A stretch of 64,000 bases of DNA from Candidatus Hydrogenedentota bacterium (GCA_963745075.1 CAVUWV010000010.1:239544-303543), one strand, 5' to 3'. Numbered from the stretch's first letter, positions 18,473 to 28,276 are shown. The notes: generated by a model from the letters alone, not told the origin. Made by a program: numbers and translations.

Positions 18473-19660
18473 ATGGCTACGGTACAAGAACAAGATCTCT
18501 ACCAAATTCTCGGGGTGTCGAAGGACGCGCCGCAGGATGAGATCCGCCGTGCCTACTTGAAGCTTGCGAAGAAGTATCACCCGGACAAAACCGGTGGCGA
18601 TAAGGCGGCGGAAGACAAGTTGAAAGAGATCAACGCGGCCTACGACACGCTGAAGAGTCCCGAGAAGCGCAAGCAGTACGATCAGGAGCGCGAAGCGCGG
18701 TCCGCCTTCAGCGGTTTCAGCGGCGGTTCCTCGGGCGGTTTCCAGGGGTTTGATTTTGGTAACGCGGGTGGGTTCGAAGACCTGTTTTCGACCATGTTCG
18801 GCCAGGGCGGTCCGCGGACGGCGGGCCATGCGGCCGTGCGTCCCGGCAACGACCTCGAGATGGCGGTGCAGATCGATCTCAACGACGTCGCCAATGGCGC
18901 GAAGAAGACGCTGCGGTTCAAACGCTGGGACCGGTGCACCGTCTGTAGCGGTAGCGGCGCGGAACCCGGTACGAAACCGGAGACCTGTCCCGATTGTCAT
19001 GGCTCCGGCATGGTGACGCATACGAAAGGCGCGTTCAGCATGTCGCGCACCTGCCCGAAGTGTCAGGGACAAGGCGTGTTCATCGGCGTGCCGTGCAAAT
19101 CCTGCGCGGGCCGCGGCCGGCAAAAGGTCGACCGCACGGTGCAGGTGAGTATTCCGCAAGGCGTCGAGACCGGCACGCGGTTGCGCGTGCCCGGCGAAGG
19201 CGAAGCGGGCGATCCGGGCGCGCCGAACGGCGATCTGTACGTGCACGTCGACGTGCGCAAACACGAACTGTTCGAGCGCGACGGCGCGGATCTCATCTGC
19301 GAAGTGCCGATCACGTTTCCGCAGGCGGCCCTCGGCGCGACCGTCCAAGTGCCGACGCTCACCGGCAAGGCCAACCTCACCGTGTCCGAAGGGACGCAGT
19401 CCGGCGCCATGTTGCGTATGAAAGGCCTCGGGTTGCCACGACTCGGCGGCGGCGGAAAAGGGGACGAGTACGTTCGCATTGTCGTGGAAGTGCCCAAGCG
19501 GATCAGCAAAGAAGAGCGGGAGATCATCGAGAAGCTTTACGCCACGGATGACCCCAACGGTTACCCCAAACGCCGCCGCTTCGAAGAACTCGTCAGCCGC
19601 TACGCGCCGATGGTGATGTCGGCGCTTGGGCTGGGCCTGCTCGTGAAGTGGTTGGCGTAA
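18473..19660 (+). CDS. dnaJ: molecular chaperone DnaJ (type I) with unusual hydrophobic C-terminal tail
   Basis: J domain with HPD (KKYHPDK), a G/F region, and four CxxCxGxG zinc-finger repeats. The C-terminal domain is followed by ...RYAPMVMSALGLGLLVKWLA. Confidence 0.95.
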   Translation: MATVQEQDLYQILGVSKDAPQDEIRRAYLKLAKKYHPDKTGGDKAAEDKLKEINAAYDTLKSPEKRKQYDQEREARSAFSGFSGGSSGGFQGFDFGNAGGFEDLFSTMFGQGGPRTAGHAAVRPGNDLEMAVQIDLNDVANGAKKTLRFKRWDRCTVCSGSGAEPGTKPETCPDCHGSGMVTHTKGAFSMSRTCPKCQGQGVFIGVPCKSCAGRGRQKVDRTVQVSIPQGVETGTRLRVPGEGEAGDPGAPNGDLYVHVDVRKHELFERDGADLICEVPITFPQAALGATVQVPTLTGKANLTVSEGTQSGAMLRMKGLGLPRLGGGGKGDEYVRIVVEVPKRISKEEREIIEKLYATDDPNGYPKRRRFEELVSRYAPMVMSALGLGLLVKWLA

Positions 19661-19675
19661 GCGCTACGCCATGTC

Positions 19676-21121
19676 TTAGCCCTGCGGTCCCGATCCCGGT
19701 TCCGGAAGTTTGGGCCGTGGAAACTCGCCGGCCAAGGCACGCTCGATCCACTTCCGCACCCCCGGATCGCGTTCATTGGACAACGCGCGGCGCAGCGCAT
19801 CGTCGGCTTCGCGGGCTTCAAAGTGTCCCAGCGCGCACGCGACGACTCCACGCAAATTACTGTCGCCGTCGTTCTGTAACAGGGCTTCGAGATACGGAAT
19901 GGTGCCGGGATCTTCGAAGGAGCTGACCACGTAGCAACATTGGAATCGTTGTTGGAAGGGATTCCGTGCATCCTGGGCTAACCCGAGTGCGCGGCCAATG
20001 ATTGCATCCCGATCCGGTTTCGACGCGCGGTCCGCTTTGATGATCGCGCCCCATAGTCCGGCGAGTTGGTGATAGCCGGAATCGGGTTGTGCCATCCGTT
20101 GGAAGAAATAGTCCGCGTCGTGCGCTTCGAGGAACGCCTCCGTGTACATCCCGGGCGTTTCCGCGTGGAATGCTTTCGCATGCTTGTCCGGCGTGAACCG
20201 CGGTTCCGAGAACCACACCGTCCCCGGTCCTTCAAGCAGCACGCCGTACGCAAGACTTTGTGCCGTTTCCGGCACGTCCAGCGTGACTGTGTAGGTAGCG
20301 GCTTCGCGGGTGCCTACGATCGGTCGATCCTGCATATTGTCGAAGCCCAACGGCTTTTGATTCGGTCCGTCGATGCGAAGCCATAGGCCCGCCCAGCCTG
20401 TGATTTTCCTCCCGGTGATGATCGCCGTCACCGTGACCGGGCCACCCCGGTAGTTTTCGGCGGAAATTTCGTGCATTACCGTTGAAAATCCGGATGGTTC
20501 TGGAGCACTGGAGCGAATGAACATCGTGGGCTCGTCGATCCCGACGAAGCCGTGGGCTCCGCCCGTAACGTAATCCGTATGATTGGTTCCCGCCTGCACC
20601 CAGCCGGTGAACAACGGACCCCGCGTATTCAGCAGACCGCCGAATTCCGGCGTGATCGGCGACTTTGCGGAAATCGTTTTGACTTTTAATTCGGGTTCGG
20701 ACGGTGCATCGTGGTTCAGGAAGGGCCACGAGATAGGAAGGAAGACAACGTAGTATACGATCAACGACAATACACCCACCACGACCCATATTAACGGAAA
20801 CCGCTTGCGTGGTTGCTCCTCAGGCGGATTCAGATAAGGCGCGGCCCACGGATTTTGCTCAACCGGTTCCTTGCCGAGTTCGGACCAGGACGATGCCACG
20901 TCCTCCGGAGTCCCCATGGTGCCAAGCATGCGTTTGACGTCCGGAACCGCCACCAGCGCTCCGGCCTGTGAATCCGCCATCTGCATGATGTGGCTGCGCA
21001 AATCAGCGACGACTTCCTTCGCATCAACTCCCTGACCCGCCAGCAGCGCTTCCACTTGCTGAAGGTATCCGTTCAGATATGTCTCTGCCTCGTCCGTCCA
21101 CGTTTTCGCTTCGGTGTTCAT
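19676..21121 (-). CDS. PadR-associated membrane protein (DUF1700/HAAS-like N-terminus, TM segment, C-terminal HEAT repeats)
   Basis: Start MNTEAKTWTDEAETYLNGYLQQVEALL, typical of proteins encoded after PadR genes. TM helix FPLIWVVVGVLSLIVYYVVFLPI. C-terminal HEAT-like ...LRGVVACALGHF...DPGVRKWIERAL. RBS AAGGAGGG. Confidence 0.7.
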   Translation of the reverse strand: MNTEAKTWTDEAETYLNGYLQQVEALLAGQGVDAKEVVADLRSHIMQMADSQAGALVAVPDVKRMLGTMGTPEDVASSWSELGKEPVEQNPWAAPYLNPPEEQPRKRFPLIWVVVGVLSLIVYYVVFLPISWPFLNHDAPSEPELKVKTISAKSPITPEFGGLLNTRGPLFTGWVQAGTNHTDYVTGGAHGFVGIDEPTMFIRSSAPEPSGFSTVMHEISAENYRGGPVTVTAIITGRKITGWAGLWLRIDGPNQKPLGFDNMQDRPIVGTREAATYTVTLDVPETAQSLAYGVLLEGPGTVWFSEPRFTPDKHAKAFHAETPGMYTEAFLEAHDADYFFQRMAQPDSGYHQLAGLWGAIIKADRASKPDRDAIIGRALGLAQDARNPFQQRFQCCYVVSSFEDPGTIPYLEALLQNDGDSNLRGVVACALGHFEAREADDALRRALSNERDPGVRKWIERALAGEFPRPKLPEPGSGPQG

Positions 21122-21479
21122 TGGACTGCTGACCCTCCTTTCGAAGGCTCTGGATTCCCCGCGCCAGTTCATCCCAATGGCCGTTCATCATTTCGCAGCA
21201 CTTGACCCCGTTCGGCGTCAACGCGTAGTACTTGCGCGCCGGACCGTTGGGGGACTCCTCGAGCCGCGCGCGCAGGAGTCCCGCTTTCCGCATGCGCGAG
21301 AGCAGGGGATAGATCGAACCTTCGGCAATGCCCAGCCCCCGCATCTCCGTGAGACGCCGCACGAGGTCGTACCCGTAGACTTCCCCTTCGGCCACCATGT
21401 TCAGCACGCACAGCTCCAGTAACCCGCGCCGAATCTGCGTCGCCCAATTGTCTACATTAAAATTGCCGTTCTGCCCCAT
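21024..21479 (-). CDS. PadR-family transcriptional regulator (3' end overlaps next gene by ~98 nt)
   Basis: Winged-helix block LELCVLNMVAEGEVYGYDLVRRL...GSIYPLLSRMRKAGLL...KYYALTPNG. The tail after ...SLRKEG is low-complexity and runs over the downstream RBS and start. Confidence 0.8.
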   Translation of the reverse strand: MGQNGNFNVDNWATQIRRGLLELCVLNMVAEGEVYGYDLVRRLTEMRGLGIAEGSIYPLLSRMRKAGLLRARLEESPNGPARKYYALTPNGVKCCEMMNGHWDELARGIQSLRKEGQQSNEHRSENVDGRGRDISERIPSASGSAAGGSGS

Positions 21480-21627
21480 CGCCGTCTCCGGTAAATTGCT
21501 CCCGTATCTATAGGGTACCATAAGCTAGCATTTGTTGCAAGGTAGTTGTTGGACCGGCGGTCTCAGAACGTGATTCACTTATAAGATACTAATTTACAGG
21601 TGCTTACGGAACGAAGATTCCTTTTGG

Positions 21628-21782
21628 CGCCATATGGAGTGCGGCCGCTTGCGGCTGCTTTTCTTCAATTGGTGAATTAGCCCGAAGACGCGGTCGACGG
21701 CTACTCGAAAGGTATCGTTACCCTAACCGCAGGCAAGCCTGCTTCTCGAAAGCAGCCGCAAGCGGCCGCACTCCATATGGCG
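21628..21782. mobile_element. MITE-like element, family B, copy 2 (155 bp)
   Basis: Perfect 34-bp inverted ends CGCCATATGGAGTGCGGCCGCTTGCGGCTGCTTT / reverse complement. Internal GCAGGCAAGCCTGCTTC. Confidence 0.8.
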
Positions 21783-21841
21783 TAATTGTCTCATCGTCGG
21801 GCTTTGGTTACGCTGCTGAGTAGTACGGGAGGGGTTATCCG

Positions 21842-23946
21842 ATGTGTCTAATCCGTTTCGTCATCGTGATCACGGTCTGCACATTCGCCATTTACGCTGA
21901 TGCCCCATCCATGCCTCGTTCGGATGGCCAAACATTACACGTAGATTTTGAGCAATACGCCGACGGCTGGGTCGGTCCATTGAACGCGGGGGTCCGTCAA
22001 CTCGGGGACCCGTTTACGGATATCAAACAAAACACAGTGGACCTGCTGCGCGACGCTGATGCGGCGTACACCGGCGAGCGTTGTGCGTACGTGTTCACCG
22101 ACGCGCCGGATCAACGCGGTCACGTCATCCTCCAACGGCGTTACGATGCGCCCGAAGTAGCGGATGAGATCACAGAATTCATGTTTCGCCCCCTCAGGGA
22201 GGGCGCTGCGGATCTCCGCGATTTCGTTGTGTGGTCGGGGTTGGGTTACACGACGGGAAAAGTCGGCGTTCAACTCGTCGCCAGTGGTGATGCCGCAACG
22301 GGGAAATATGCTATCGATGTCGTTTCGGCAGAGCGTCACGCCAATGTCGTCACCGGTCTCGATCAAGCCGAATGGATTCGTTTTGTGCTTCACCGCAAAC
22401 GCGACGCGAAGACTGTTGAACTGTGGGTAGGTCCGCCGAATGCGGAGAAATTCGTCGGCACGTACCCGGACGTCGATCCCGATTACGCAACCGGTCGCGC
22501 GGAGATTGGCGACACCTCCCGCGAACAGGAGTTTGGTTCGGGTTACTGGGACGACATCCGTATCGGCGCGCCCTTGAGCGACGGCGGCGTGGTCGCTCCT
22601 GCAGAGACGATGCGCGATGTATCGAAGGAACTGCCGGAAATCACCTATCCAATCCGCGTCGGCAGCACGAAACAGTTGTTTGTAGACGACGTATTGATCG
22701 AGTCCATGGACGGATTGACGCGTGAGTTTCACAGCGTATCGAAATCGCCGGACAATCCGCTGCTCGTGCCCGAAACCGCGTGGGAAGTGGGCGGCACGTG
22801 GTATGTTCCGTATAACGTGCTCTGGCAAGTTCCCGGCGAGACCCTGCGTACCTGGTACGGCGCCTACCGCCGGTCTGCGGATAAGTTGACCTACACCTGC
22901 GTGGCCGATTCCGCTGACGGCATTCACTGGAACCGGTTATCGCTCGGCACCTTCGACTTCGAAGGCTCCACCGATAACAACATCGCGTGGGCGGGGCGCG
23001 CTATCAAGGTCGACTATGACCCGCGCGACCCCGATCCGAACCGGCGTTACAAGGGCATGACCCGCGTGAACGGGTACACGGCCATGTATTCGCCGGATGG
23101 GTTGGATTGGACTATCGCATCCGAACCGGCCATGCAGCAATGCTACGACGCGACTTCGTTCCATTGGAATCCGGTTGACGCGAAGTGGATTGCGTCGGTC
23201 AAGATCTGGCACGACGGCAAGCGGGCCCGCGGCTACGCCGAGAGCCCCGATTTTGACCATTGGACCGACACCTATCTCATGCTCAAGGCCGACGAACGCG
23301 ATCAGCCCGAGGACCAGACCTACTCGATGTGGGTCTGCCGCTACGAAAGCGTGTTTATTGGCTTATTGAAGAGTATTCTACGTGGCGACGGACCGGTGCG
23401 ACGTGCAACTCGCCTTCAGCCGCAACGCCAAACACTGGGAACGCCCCTGGCGCGAGCCGTTCATCGACTGTTCGACTGAGAAAGGCGCTTACGACTACGG
23501 CAATCTCGATCCCGTCGCCGACCCCATCCCTATGGGCGACGAACTCTGGATCTACTATGGCGGCCGTAGCCTCGAACACGATGAGCCCCCGACCGACACC
23601 AACGGCTCGCTATGCCTTGCCACGCTTCGGATGGACGGCTTCGCGTCCGTCGGAGGAACCGGCACGCTCACGACGAAGCCGCTCATCCTGGAGGGTGATA
23701 CGCTTTACCTCAACGCGGATGCGGAAAGAGGGGAGATTCTTGTCGAGATTCTGGACGCCAATAGCAGAAAACCGATGGAATCATTCACCACTAGGAGATT
23801 GCGAGCCAACACCACGGACGCCGTCCGCCAATCCGTGAATTGGAACAACGCGCAACTTCTCAGTACGCTGCGGGGTCAAGCCATCCGCCTGCGGATCCAC
23901 ATGAAAGAACGCGAATCTCTACGCATTATGGACCCAGCCAGGCTAA
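21842..23946 (+). pseudogene. secreted beta-propeller glycosidase-like protein (GH32/43-clan-like) with N-terminal lectin-like domain; two frame breaks
   Basis: Signal MCLIRFVIVITVCTFAIYA. QLFVDDVLIE...NPLLVPE..WE. The frame breaks at ~23372-23381 (continuation VATDRCDVQLAFSRNAKHWERPW in ORF 23382) and at ~23908-23913. The third frame then gives NLYALWTQPG-stop at 23944-23946. Confidence 0.75.
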
Positions 23947-24069
23947 CAGACAGGGCTACGTTTGCCCCCACTGGGAGCGCCACGCACCAGCGTGGCGTAG
24001 GGTCGGAGCGACAATACTTTGTGCATGCAACGACGGCAATCGAGAGGAGAAGAAGGCTCTTCGAAGCGT

Positions 24070-24098
24070 CGCCAGGCTGGCGCCTGGCGTTCCCAGTG
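24070..24098. repeat. REP-like GC hairpin (copy 2 of the 70-98 motif)
   Basis: 27/29 identity with 70-98. Confidence 0.6.
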
Positions 24099-24181
24099 AG
24101 CAACTTCGCGTCTCCGTGTTGAGCACTAACGCAAAGACGCGAAGTCGCTAAGACGCAAAGCAGTGCGATTGAATCGAAGGA

Positions 24182-25644
24182 TTACGAATCTACAATCTGG
24201 AATGCGTACAGGGCGCCGCGGGTTAGGACAAACCGAATCGCTGTTGGTTTGTTATGTGTTGCGTCGCCGAAGGAACGTCTTCGCATCCCCCCAGACTACC
24301 CGGTACCGCAACGCATCTTGCCGCATCAGGTGCGACGCGTCGCGTTCGGCGCCTTGCACAACATTGCCCTCGGCATCCACGAGTTCGATTGCGAGCCCAT
24401 CCACAGCGACGTCCGCGTTTACAATCAGTTCGTCCCCTTCAAACGACAATACTTGCGTCTCCAGCTATCCCACTCGATTCCCCCTCGCGGACCCGCAGCC
24501 CGACAAACCGATCTTCCGGTAACGTGGCCAGTCCGATTCCCATCTCGCCCCAACCTTCGCCGTGGCGCGTCCCAACGCCGGTGTAGTAGATCCAGACCTT
24601 CCCATTCCGGCGAAACAGGGTCGTGCCCGGAAACACGCGGCCCGCATCCCAGGTGCCGGGCGTGGGGGAGAGGAAGGGGGCGCGGTCCGCGACACGCGTA
24701 GCCAGTCGCGGCCGTCGCGGCTCGACGACCAGTTGGGTGTCCATCGTTCCCAGACTGTTGTTGCCTTCGACCTCGTCGAGATGCAGTAACCATAGGATTC
24801 CGATCAGCACGTCGCCATAGGGCGTCACCGAGATCCCGTAGGGCTGCGTCCAGGGGTAGCCGTCCTCCTTGTCCGTCGTGAAGACCGTTTCTTTTGGCGT
24901 CCATTCCACGAAATCCTTGCTCACCGAAAGCCCGACACCCCGCATGACGGCCGGCCAATCGGGATCGGGCACTTGCGCGCGCACATACGCGAGGTATTCG
25001 CCTTTCCATCGGACGACGCAGGTGCTCGTGTCGTTCTTCCCAATCGTGTCGCGCCAGTTGCGGATGGTCCACACCAACCCGTCCGGCGACTCGCCGACCG
25101 ATGCGCCGCCCGCGCCTTTGTACCGTTTCATCGGGTCCGGGTCGTCCGGCGTGGGGAGGACGCAGAACCCGTGCGTCCCTTCGATGACGACGTTGTGCTT
25201 CTCGTGACGCCCGAATGGCCCGCGCCCCACCATCGGCTTCGTCCAGTGGATGCCGTCTTCGGACTCCGCGTAACAGGTGTAGTATTCCGCGGTCTGCGGA
25301 TACTCGGGATTGTCCGGAATGCCGTTCTTGTATTCGTTCGCCAGATACCAGCACCGGAAGCGTTTCGCGCGTTCGTCGTAGAGCACGGTGCCGTAGATTT
25401 CGAGAATGCGTTTCTCCCACGGATACTCGGGCACGATGACGGGGTTGCCGGAGTGCTTCTCCGGCTGCTGAATGACGCGCTCCAGGTTATTCGTGTCGCG
25501 GATGAGGTAGTCGTCGAGGAAGAGTTGGGGGTTGTGGGAGATGGCGACAGGTGTGTCGTCTGCGTTTGCCAAAGGGATTAATGCGAGAACTACCATGGCA
25601 GGGACGACTACGCTCCACACACTTCGTTTCAGGCTTACCGTCAC
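24182..25644 (-). pseudogene. secreted beta-propeller glycosidase-like protein, paralogue type of 21842-23946; at least two frame breaks
   Basis: GTG start with RBS GGAGG and signal SVWSVVVPAMVVLALIPLANA. PQLFLDDYLI...NPVIVPEYPWE. The frame breaks at ~24463-24470 (LETQVLSFEGDELIVNADV continues in ORF 24252-24449) and at ~24269-24279. The third frame then gives DATHNKPTAIRFVLTRGALYAFQIVDS-stop at 24182-24184. Confidence 0.75.
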
Positions 25645-25685
25645 CGCGTTTGCCTCCGATGTTTTGAAGATGGGTCCCCGCGTTC

Positions 25686-26078
25686 GGGCCGAGGAAGACA
25701 AATGGACGGGATCTCGTCCCATGTTAGCGATTCGATCTTGAACGTATTTGGGTGCTTCGTGAAGTTGTGTAGTTCCAACCGCGGCCAAGCGGCGCGGCCC
25801 CAAGGCCGGACGCCCCGTCTCATCATTCTTGTACGCCGCCTCGAAGGCGCCAAAGTCCAACTGTTCCAGCGCCGCCCAGACCAGCCGCCCCACCGAATTG
25901 CTTGGCAACAAACTCTCCAGCGAACCCGACACATACAGAGCTTGCGCCCGATTGTCGCTTATATAACGTGGCATGATGTCGCTCCCCCCTCACTCGTCCT
26001 GTCCAAATCGTCGCGCGTATGTATCAAACAAATCGCGCTTTGTCCAGAACTTCTTGCGGAAAGATTTTGGAAGTCCCC
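25686..26078 (-). mobile_element. 393-bp internally deleted derivative of the IS1182-like element, flanked by 5-bp direct repeat CGTTC
   Basis: 25686-25777 resembles the left end of the IS (28265-28365). 25778-26078 is near-identical to 29674-29975 and includes the first 65 transposase codons. CGTTC is found at 25681-25685 and 26079-26083. Confidence 0.85.
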
Positions 26079-27107
26079 CGTTCGCGAGGATGACGTTGCG
26101 GGGTGGTGTGGGGGTTTAGTTGCCGCGTGATGGCCTTCAATTGGCTGTGTCTGTCTTCGCCTTGGTGTCCATCGTGCCTTCGTGGTTCAAACGTATTTGG
26201 CGTCTGCACCCAGATGGAGAAAGAGGTTTCAAGGCAAACACTTGCGACGGGTGGGCACGGGAAGACTCCCCCGTTTCGCGTCAAATATGACTTGCCGAGA
26301 TTTGGCATTTCGCAATGTGCGCTGTAACATATGTTCGGTATCCGTACACTAGAGACCCGTTCTGAGAGTTCAACCTCATTCCCTGCAATGTGCGTGCGCA
26401 CCCTGCACGCGCGCCCTGAAGTACAAAAATCAATAAAAACATCAACTTTGCATCCGGTACTGTCCGCACGTTTTGTACAATTCAAATTGGCATGCCAAAT
26501 GCGTTTTCTGAATTCGATAAACGCGGTTCACCGAGGGCCAAGAACGCGTGCCGTAGCAGGGCGTTAACAACTGATCTGCCTCGCGCAGAGTTGGCGGCGG
26601 GCAAGTGCGCCCCCTACTCGTTCTACCCCGTAATTGTTTGAGGTGATGCCCGCGTTCGGCTGTTGGTCGTCACGGTTACTGTCCTTACTAAGGACCGGGA
26701 GTGAATCATGGAACGTTTGCCAAGTACCATCGAAAACAATCGGAACGATTCGGTGCAGCCCGATGATCAGAAAGTCGCGCATCCCGTCCTTCTGGCAGCA
26801 CTGAAAGCGACCGTACAGGCCCGCGAGTCGGCGCTCCAGTTAACGACCGATCAATCTTCGCGTCTTCCCGGAAGGTGATTACCGTTTCCGAAGCGTTTTG
26901 GTTTTGGCCCTCGCACGGGGCAGCGGGCCGGGTGTTTGCGGTGGGCGGCATGCTCGCCAATTTGCACCAGGCTACCGACTCTTCGGTGAGCCGTTCCGAG
27001 AGCTCTGCGGGATTTGAGGGCGTCTGGTTTTCCCGGGTGCCAGCGACCGGGTACGGCGGAAGATTACGCCGCCTCAATGTTACCCCACATATCCGGCGAA
27101 TCGGGTC

Positions 27108-27137
27108 TTGCCAGTTATATTTTCTTTGTGGTATTCT
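27108..27137 (+). promoter_or_regulatory. candidate sigma70-type promoter for the 27229 ORF
   Basis: TTGCCA-18 nt-TATTCT, ~90 nt upstream of the GTG at 27229. This is a single modest match. Confidence 0.3.
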
Positions 27138-27228
27138 ACTTACCTTGGGCGGCTTCTTTAGCGATGTGTAAACGATTCGCGACCTGGGGTAGGGCATTGA
27201 AGCAGGTTGAGGGGAGGAGGAGCCAAAG

Positions 27229-27468
27229 GTGCGTCGTATTACCATTGAACTAACAGACCATGACGCGATCGATCTGGAAGCTGCGGCCAGATACGATCAA
27301 TACGGTTGCCGAGCGGAAGACGCCATTAATCGAGCAATTCGCCGTTCAATCGACGAGTTTCGCGCGGAGCGCGTGCGACGGATGACTATGGATAATGCCG
27401 AACAAGAACTTGAGATGGCACTAAAGATCTTCGTCCGCGATGACTTCAAAGAGTATTTCGCCCACTGA
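27229..27468 (+). CDS. small ribbon-helix-helix-like protein (CopG/antitoxin-like), orphan
   Basis: 79 aa, GTG start with RBS GAGGGGAGGAGGAG. The N-terminus RRITIELTDHDAIDLEAAARY fits a beta-strand/helix RHH pattern. No partner toxin ORF was seen. Confidence 0.5.
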   Translation: MRRITIELTDHDAIDLEAAARYDQYGCRAEDAINRAIRRSIDEFRAERVRRMTMDNAEQELEMALKIFVRDDFKEYFAH

Positions 27469-27601
27469 CGTGTGTATGTCTTCCGTGCTGCCGGAGGAAG
27501 ACCTTGGTACCCGGACATGAGCACCTTGAAGGGCCGTAACTCTCGGTGCTCGACCACGTCGGGGGGGAACGGACGGACACGCCCTTCGCAGGAGTCTCCC
27601 G

Positions 27602-28276
27602 CTATTGTGAAAGTCTTGGGCTACAAGTTGGCTGGGTCAAGGTGCAATACTGTCTGTACAGTGCATATGCAATCGTGCCCGTCCCGAGAAACTCTAAGAT
27701 ATCTTCAAAAAAAGACGTGAAATGGTACGCCCACGTCTGCGGTCCGTTAGAGGTCCACAAGTATTCGGAAAGGGCTTCCAGCAGTATACCACCGAGAAAG
27801 GCCATAGCTACGCCGAGGAATAGTAACCGCTTCGCCCGGGATTCGATGCTGCTGAGAAGATTCCGAAAGAATAACCACGCAACAACCAGAGATCCGGCCG
27901 CAACGACAGGCACAAGGACCGGAGCACCCACGTAAACATCGACCCGCCTTACAAACCCGATGATAAATGTCTGCAACTCAAAGGCTTTGGTCGTGGCCAA
28001 AGCGAAAACAACTCCGGTAACGACCAACCATTGACGCCAGAGCACGCGTTCGGCATCTTGGTAGTGCACGGCGATAAGCATCGAGAAGACGCAGGCCTGA
28101 TATAGCAGCAAGGATGGGAAGAGTACCGCGCTCGTTGATTCGCAGAATTCGACCAGTCTGTGCGGATGGGAGAAGATGGAAGGGTGGCCGGGAGTCTCCT
28201 GAAGAAAATGCACCCAACATATGAGTGCTGAAAGTGCAACAAGTGCCAGTATATTCTTCCATTTGGGGCCTTCCAA
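27602..28276 (-). CDS. multi-pass membrane protein, unknown function; 5' end abuts/overlaps IS terminal repeat
   Basis: 224 aa with ~6 hydrophobic helices. The only available start is a TTG lying inside the IS left terminal repeat (28265-28280). The N-terminus is therefore probably truncated or replaced. Confidence 0.55.
   Translation of the reverse strand: MEGPKWKNILALVALSALICWVHFLQETPGHPSIFSHPHRLVEFCESTSAVLFPSLLLYQACVFSMLIAVHYQDAERVLWRQWLVVTGVVFALATTKAFELQTFIIGFVRRVDVYVGAPVLVPVVAAGSLVVAWLFFRNLLSSIESRAKRLLFLGVAMAFLGGILLEALSEYLWTSNGPQTWAYHFTSFFEDILEFLGTGTIAYALYRQYCTLTQPTCSPRLSQ

Noticed and set aside
24439-25974. 511-aa ORF suggesting a transposase-glycosidase fusion protein.
   Set aside because: The first ~110 codons are the 5' end of the IS derivative plus its left-end DNA read through in frame. 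A GTG start with RBS and a signal peptide at 25644 gives the normal glycosidase-like N-terminus.
26706-27245. 179-aa minus-strand ORF and neighbouring 60-150-aa ORFs in the IS-bracketed segment.
   Set aside because: They are Arg/Pro/Ser-rich with no RBS, mutually overlapping frames and no recognisable motif. The region is treated as having no confirmed coding capacity.
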